DNA of 64,000 nucleotides from the NCBI GenBank assembly GCA_012295275.1, contig CM022677.1, positions 13,578,001 through 13,642,000 of the forward strand, read 5' to 3'. Positions 53,397 to 64,000 of this stretch are shown piece by piece. This stretch comes from Chrysomallon squamiferum. Its lineage: Eukaryota; Animalia; Mollusca. The notes beneath the pieces are model-generated. The model worked only from the letters and a program-made list of their open reading frames with translations, was not told the origin of the DNA and made no database searches. Both the position numbers and the translations under genes were made by a program. Each line of letters opens with the position of its first letter. The stretch's first letter is position 1.

Positions 53397-56026
53397 TGTT
53401 CAACTCTGTTATTTAAATAGGTCAACTGATTCCATTTTATGTTTTAACGATGTTTTATAGGGTACATTTTTACCAGAACTCTTGGTATTTATTTATTTTA
53501 AGTTTTGATTAGATTATTAAGTACAGTATTCTTTCAAAACAAAATTATTTAAAAATATAAAATTAAATTTAAAAAAAAATATCTCCCTTAAACCAAACAT
53601 TTTTTAATACGAAGTCTGTACTTTTATTTTAAGTCAGTAATAAAGGATTTCTGACACTAAATCATTTTAAAAAAGTAACTTCTTTTACCACAGACTTGCC
53701 TGTACTTGGTGCTGTGTCTGGTCCAAACGTTCAGTATACTGAATAAATCTGATCACATCTTTCATGAACAACATTGTAACTTTGAATCTAAATTCAGTAT
53801 CACAATATTATAAATTCTTCAATAAGAACAGTCCATGATTCACACAAGTAATGTTTTTAAAATGTTATTTTATCCAGTTATTCAGTTCTTTATATTTACT
53901 GTGGAGATGTTTTCTTCTTTTATTAGTTCATTCAGTTCCTTATAACTTAGAGGCAAACTTGTTTTTAGATTCAGTTTACATCAGTTCTTGTTAATAGCTT
54001 TCTGTGGTGACTGAAATATAAAATAGTACATTCAAACATTTTAACAAGACCCACTATAATTTTATATTTTATCATTTGAATCTGAAGAAATGTTTTCAAC
54101 CAATAATAAGTACAGTTAATTTAACTGAAATAAAATAGAGTTTAATTATATTTATTTAAACAGTCTTGTTGGACCTCTATTTTTCATTGTATATATATAT
54201 TTTTTTTTTTTCTTTCTTAAAGCAGTAACTTCCATTTTACTTTTAATTAAGTACATAAATTAATATATTTTATAAAAATTGACAACAAGTAAGATCAGTA
54301 ATATTTATCTGTTAATTTTTGAACATACATTTTCTAAAGTACAGTCCTTTTCTCCCAACTGCTGTATCAATGTCACGTTTTGTCTTTTTCTTTGCATCTA
54401 CAGATACCATTATTTAAAAAAAGAAAATTATATATAATAATAATATTAAAATATTCTCATATGGCATTAAATGATTTATATTTTACAGTTTATAAAATCT
54501 AGTTGTAAACTGAATTACCTTTCCATTATACTCAGCATTTGGTTACAAAACATTGAACTCATCTGAATTTCTGAGTTTGTACAAATTTCTTTTAACACCA
54601 CGAACTGGAGAAGTGATTGTTCTTCACTGAATTGTACTACAAGCCTGGTCATGTGGTCATCCTTGGCCTGATAGAACTTGTTGTGGTCAGCAAGGGCTTG
54701 TTTATCCTGTAAAAGTAGTAAACAAAACTTATCCTGATAACCCTAATAAATAAAATTGATTTACTTAAAAACTATAACATTTATCATTGGAAATGATAGC
54801 AAATTTTTATTTAAAAGTTACTTGAAGTATTAAAAATTACAAATTATTTAGTCATAATAAATACATTTTACATCTTATATCATCATTAAGATATCTCTTG
54901 AAAATTATCTGCTTGTCTGTTATTTTTTTAAAAATACAGAAGTTTATAATTTTTAGTGTTCATAACCAGCAAGTTTCTTCAGTTTTGTGTCAAACTTTAT
55001 AATTAACAAGATTGTTCACCATAAATAAACAAAATAATATTTTGGATGCCTTTTTTTCTTGGATTTTAATAATAAAGAGTTAATTTTTTTATTTTTTTTT
55101 TTTAATTTCCAAAACATAGGATGTTGTATATAAGATTTTTGTTAATAATAACTTTTCTGTTTTACTTTTTTTCTTATGCAATATTAGTTTAATTATATCT
55201 TTGAAAAACAGCAGTTTCAAGCCTTTTGTCTGTAGTTTCAAGCCTTTTGTCTGCCCGGACAACATGGGGACAATGTGAGAATTCTGTCACATGAACTGAC
55301 ATGATCAACATCGTGGACAACATGGACTGCAGTGGAAGTTCAGTCATCTTAAATATAACACAGAAGTACATGAGTTATTAAAACTTATAACATACATATA
55401 TATGATTAATAGTTTGTTAAATTTTTAATTTATCAGTATTTAAATTGATAAATGTTTTAATTACAACTAGTTTTAATAAATAAAAATCTGAAATGATCCC
55501 AGAGCTCACTCTATCCTTAAAACATTACCCTGTTTCCAATTCCACACTGAGTTCCATTCATAATTTATCTTGTATTGTGTCTGTGCCGCGTCTTAAACCA
55601 TCATTAATTTCTACAGATTTTGGAATAATTTTTTTAAAGAAATAAACAGTTTTATAAACTTTCAAATTCTAAATGAAAATTAGGATTATGTAATATCAGG
55701 TTTTAATTTTTGATCTTTTTTTTAAACATTTACAGTGTTTAAAGTTAAATTCTGTTAATTTATGTATAATAAAAATAATAATAAATAAATAATTAGTAAA
55801 ATAATAGGTCTGTTTCAATAGCTATTATATCGGTGAGAAACGTGATTTATAAATATTTTTTTAGCTGCTTTTCCTAATTATTTTCTTTCCTTATTTTATT
55901 TTATTTTATTTTATTTTCTAGTCAAATTGGTTATCAAGTATTTTATTTCACAGTGGTTAATCACTGGAATAAAGTGAGAGAGAAAACTGTAAACTATGAA
56001 TTAAACTGACTGCTGTGTTTTCTGTA

Positions 56027-56220
56027 TGATTATCAAACACTTCTCACTAGTCAGTGTGTAAGAAGTGTGGGTAGTCACAGAATCAAATCACATTAGTGCT
56101 TCCATCAGACTGTTTTCAGTGTGATTATCAAACACTTCTCACTAGTCAGTGTGTAAGACAGTGTATGAAGTGTGGGTAGTCACAGAATCAAATCACATTA
56201 GTGCTTCCATCAGACTGTTT
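56027..56220. repeat. Short tandem duplication (~95 bp x2)
   Basis: TGATTATCAAACACTTCTCACTAGTCAGTGTGTAAGA...CATCAGACTGTTT occurs twice. Confidence 0.9.
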
Positions 56221-56599
56221 CTGGCTCCATTATAAAAGAAATTGAAATGTGTCTTCCTGTCCATGTGTACACAAGTAATTAAACATTTCAGACAGAAAAT
56301 CAGTGAATCTAGAAAACACAACAGATTTAGATAATTAAACCATTCAACACAATCTGCAAATACTTCTGTTTTTCAGGTCAAAAGGATATTTTCTAAGCCA
56401 TTCTAAGACAGTATTTATTAATTATAATTGTATTTATGTTTGTAGAGAGGAAGGAATGTGATGATATTTCTTCTAGATAAGATGAACAGCAAACAGTCTC
56501 TTGATGTGTTTGAGTTGATGTTGAAGAACTGGACATTCATCGCCAACAAATGAAGTAAGAACTTTTTAATGTTACAAACAAAATAAATACTAGAAAACA

Positions 56600-58590
56600 T
56601 AAAGTCATGTTTAAGACATTTTCTTTGCCTCTTGAAGATGGCTGCAGCACTGTGAAATCCATGGCTACAATCTCATGAGGTCTAATAACAATACGATGTC
56701 CCAAAGGTAGTTTCAGTTTGAGTTGTGGCAGTTCTGCCACCATACACCTTTCACACTCTTTACACCACTTGTTCCACATCTTTGTGCACTGCAAGCCAGC
56801 AACAACTTCTTCTAATAAGACTCATTCTTCTTTCAAAACCCTGGTGTCCTGTCTGATTGTGTAAACTCTACAGAACTTTCTTCTTCATCATTCCTGGTAG
56901 TACAGTCTGCTTCATTCTTCCCAAGTTGGGGTCCTTTACTTTTCTGTAAAGTGCTTTGTTTTCACGAAATAATCTGTCCCACTGCCAGATTACTGTGAAG
57001 AAACCTGATTCTTCTAATCTTCTCTCAGCTCTGCATGGTAGCCATGTAATACAGCAATCTCCTTATTAACTTGTCTTTTGCCTGCATCACTGCTAGTTCT
57101 GGTAAAGCTGGGAGATGATGTTGTGGCTTCCATAGTTTCATTAAATTGTTCCACTGCAACAGTTTATTGTGTGTTTTCTTCCACCACAATTTTATAACTT
57201 GTTTCATTGTCTGTGGAACTTCTGTACTACTAGCAGTATCTCTAAAGCAGCTTCCACTGAAGTAGACATCATTCCATGAAATTTCTTCCTGGATAGACCA
57301 TCAGTATTCTTATTGTGTTGAATGATATTTCACATCAAAATCAAATTCTACCAGCTGAGACCCCCATGTTTCTTCCACTGCCAATTTCAGACCAACAAGC
57401 TCTAACTTCATGGAACTGTAATTATTCATGTTTCTCTCAGTGGGTCTCAAGCTCTTTCTAGCAAATGCAATTTTTTTCCTTTGCCCATTCTGCTCCTGTG
57501 ACAGTACTGTTCCCACAACTCTCAACCCAAGTACCCTTTAACAGTGCTTGATATTTGATTTTTGAGTAACTAAGAATCCTTTAACATATCATCTGAAGTA
57601 ACTGGCAAACTGCAAAAATGACACCAGGCCCTTTGGTGTTTTTGGAACCTACCATTCAAGAACAGCCTTTATTTTGTCTGGATCTGTAACTACCCCATCT
57701 CTAGACATCACGTCCTAGATATTTCACTTCTTTCTTAAGGAAACAGCGTTTGCTTGGTTTTAGTTTGAGCCCATGCTGTTTTAAAATGTTAAATACCTCT
57801 TCTAATTTATCTATGCACACAAAAAAAAAGAACACTGAAATATCTGCTCTGTAAAGCAATGCTGCATAAGTCTTTGAAATGTGGCCGGTGCTCCTGATAA
57901 ACCAAACAGCATATGATTGTATTTAAACAAACCCATTGGAGTGATGAATGCAGTTTTGTCTTTGTTTTTATCCTCAACTGCAATTTGGTTGTATTCACTG
58001 GCCATATCCATATAGTGAACCAGTTTGCTCTGTGCAAAGCATCTAATGACTTCTATTGTAGGTAGTGGAAAGCAGTCTTTCCTAGTTTTAGCATTCAGCC
58101 ACCTGTAGTCCACACACAGATGAATTGTGTTGTCTGTTTTTCTCACTATAACAATAGGAGATGAATATGGGCTGTGGCTGGGTCAAATTGCATCTTGTTT
58201 TATAAGTTTCTTGATCAGCTTCTTGACTTCCTGATACTGACTGTGTGAAATTCTTCTGTATGGTTGTGACACTGGTATGTTATCAGTTGTGCATATGTGA
58301 TATTTTACAGAGTCAGTAAACCCCAAATCAAGGTTATCTTTAGCAAATACATCAGTTAAATATTCTCTTTAACATCAGAGTATTTGTTCAGTATTCTTTT
58401 TAACTTTTTCTTCTGCTCATCAGAAATATCAACTTGAAATCTATCAAACTCTGTGTATACTAACTGTAATCTGCTCCATGCAAACTTCTTCTCCTTGTCC
58501 TTTATTGACTGAGGCTCTTCTACTTCTACCACTGATGACAAAACACCCACTTTAGTTCTTGGTTTCAACCCTATTTTACAACACAAATCT
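56600..58590 (-). mobile_element. Degenerate Ty3/Gypsy LTR retrotransposon pol (RT-RNase H-integrase)
   Basis: RT: LCVDYRWLNAKTRKDCFPLP and KTAFITPMGLFKY..FGLSGAPATFQRLM. RNase H: GTVLSQEQNG..IAFARKSLRPTERN..YSSMKLEL. Integrase: CKECERC..PHEIVAMDF. Domain order is RT-RH-INT; many stops; no LTRs seen. Confidence 0.93.
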
Positions 58591-59792
58591 AAAAGACTTG
58601 ATAATCAAGTTCACTATCAAGATAAACAGTAGTTAGATTAATTCATAGTTTACAGTTTTGTTTTTGTCACAGTCTACTGAGTAACAAGAGGCTCACCTGG
58701 TTTTTGACACTGAAATCTGGGTGACTTTCTAGAATCTTCCACATTATTTTAGCTGAAAAACTAAAAATCCAAAGATCGCTGTAAAACCAGGAAACAAAAA
58801 TTATTTAAATATTTTCACATGAGCAAGTCCTTGATTGTCATCTTAAATTTTGTTATAAACAAACATGTTAATAAAGTTATAACAGAATACTGTTATGAAC
58901 TAGCTCTATCTCTGTACTTAATAACTGAACATGTTAATAATTAAGTGTAATACTATAGTGTTATTAACTGTTTATATTTTGTATTTAATAAATAATACAG
59001 AACAATCTACTGGGACACTTCTGTTAAGAATATTTTACGACACTGGTTTAAGTAAATTTCAAATTCCTGATACTGGTAATAAAATAGTCTTTATTTATAT
59101 GTTCAAACTAATTCAATTAGTAAAATTGTTATAATAACTTTACCCAGTAGTATTTGCTGATATAGGTAGGAGTGTTGACATCAGCATCACACAACAACAC
59201 CATTGTAAAATCTTGGATACTGAAAATTCTGTAATAGTAAATATTAGTTATTTTGTTCTTGATGTAAAATGATGTAATGGCAAGCTGACATCAGTATTTC
59301 TAAATTATTAATAAAAATATTTTTATCTTTATTTTATTTTTTTTTTTTTTTACTAAAATATACAGAAACATTAATATATGTGTACATTTCCAGATTCCTA
59401 AATAAAACATAATTTAACTAAATGTTTTTTCTTGATACAATGTCAGGACAATCTATAGACACTGATATTATAAAATATAGAATCATTAATTTAAACTATT
59501 ACAAAGATTTAAACTTATGATGTTTAGCATGATTAATTAATCATATCACATTGTTTAATAATGTAAAAAGTCTGAGATCAAAATAACGATTAAAATTACT
59601 ATTATAATTTCATTTTAAACAATTATTCATGAAGAAATTATTTATTTTATTTTTATTTAATTTGGATAATTAAACCAATATAACTTCACATTACCTTGTT
59701 GAATAAATTGATATTACATGTTAACCTCAATAGGGCCTTCTGCACTTTCTGATCTCTAGAACACCATAAATCAATCCTGAAATTAAGATTTA

Positions 59793-59844
<52 letters not shown>

Positions 59845-59999
59845 ATATGATAAATCAAATCAATTTAAAATGATGGTAATAATAAACTGCATGTCTCATT
59901 GTGAAAAGTCAAAGTCAAAAATTCTTTCTGGAATTTTCACTAATAGAAATGCTAATAATATATTTTAATTATCACTGAAAGTGAGTCTAAGAATTAATA

Positions 60000-60385
60000 G
60001 AAAGAGAATAAGTAAAAGTACACAAATAACATCAAGGAGAACACAGATGCGAAGGCAATGATGGCGATGTTAACAGAAATAGAATAACATATTTTGAAAT
60101 AGAAGGTGCACACTAAGAATGCAAGAATAATTTTAATAACAAGTGAAAAAGAATAATGAAAAGTGAACCTTAAGAAAAACAGAGATACAACAGCAACGAC
60201 AGTGACATTAACAGAAATAGTAATATTATACTTTAATGCAGACACAAAGAAAGTAAGAATAATAGTTATTAAAATGCTCAAAATAATAAAGAAAACTTAC
60301 ATTAATTCTAATAAGAGTAACATATTTCAATATAGGATGTGCACACTAAGAAAGCAATGACGGTGATGTTAACTGAAATATGTAT
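60000..60385 (+). repeat. Diverged ~120-bp satellite-like array (same family as 1240-2070 and 27370-27940)
   Basis: GGCGATGTTAACAGAAATAG..TAA.ATATTTT...GTGCACACTAAGAA units. Confidence 0.7.
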
Positions 60386-60539
60386 TAAAAGGGTAAGATA
60401 AAATGTATAATGAATGTGAAAATAAACCTGAACAATCTGCAAATTTTCTTCAAAAATCCAGTTTCATTCACAATAAACTGAAATCTTATAATGTAAAATG
60501 AACATTAAAAAACATGCATTTTTCACAGAAAAAAAAATA

Positions 60540-64000
<3,461 letters not shown>

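Larger units (their letters stand above)
53690..59776 (-). pseudogene. Degenerate multi-exon gene with ankyrin-repeat-like exons
   Basis: AG/GT-bounded minus-strand blocks at ~59695-59776 (VQKALLRLTCNINLFNK), ~59144-59219 (MVLLCDADVNTP), ~58697-58752 (KILESHPDFSVKNQ), 54519-54706 (open 188-nt exon) and ~53690-54010 (with stops). Confidence 0.5.

Overview
AT-rich, microsatellite-dense eukaryotic DNA (probably an invertebrate metazoan; host not identifiable from sequence) with no clearly intact host gene. The main feature is a ~10.8 kb endogenous parvovirus-like insertion (~42624-53396) made of two head-to-tail, clearly different viral genomes. Each has the unusual monosense order small ORF -> capsid (no PLA2 motif) -> NS1/Rep (HUH + SF3 helicase). 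The terminal hairpins survive, including a perfect 96-bp-arm palindrome and flip/flop loop variants. Also present: a LEDGF/HDGF-family (PWWP + IBD end) processed pseudogene with a 5' inversion, in two copies inside a segmental duplication (~15.8-23.1 kb vs ~33.8-42.6 kb); a near-identical 3.66-kb tandem duplication; Gypsy, RNase H-bearing non-LTR, Tigger and hAT remnants; degenerate ankyrin-like exons; several minisatellites; and a 200-N assembly gap. All alignments and translations were done by eye and no database searches were run.
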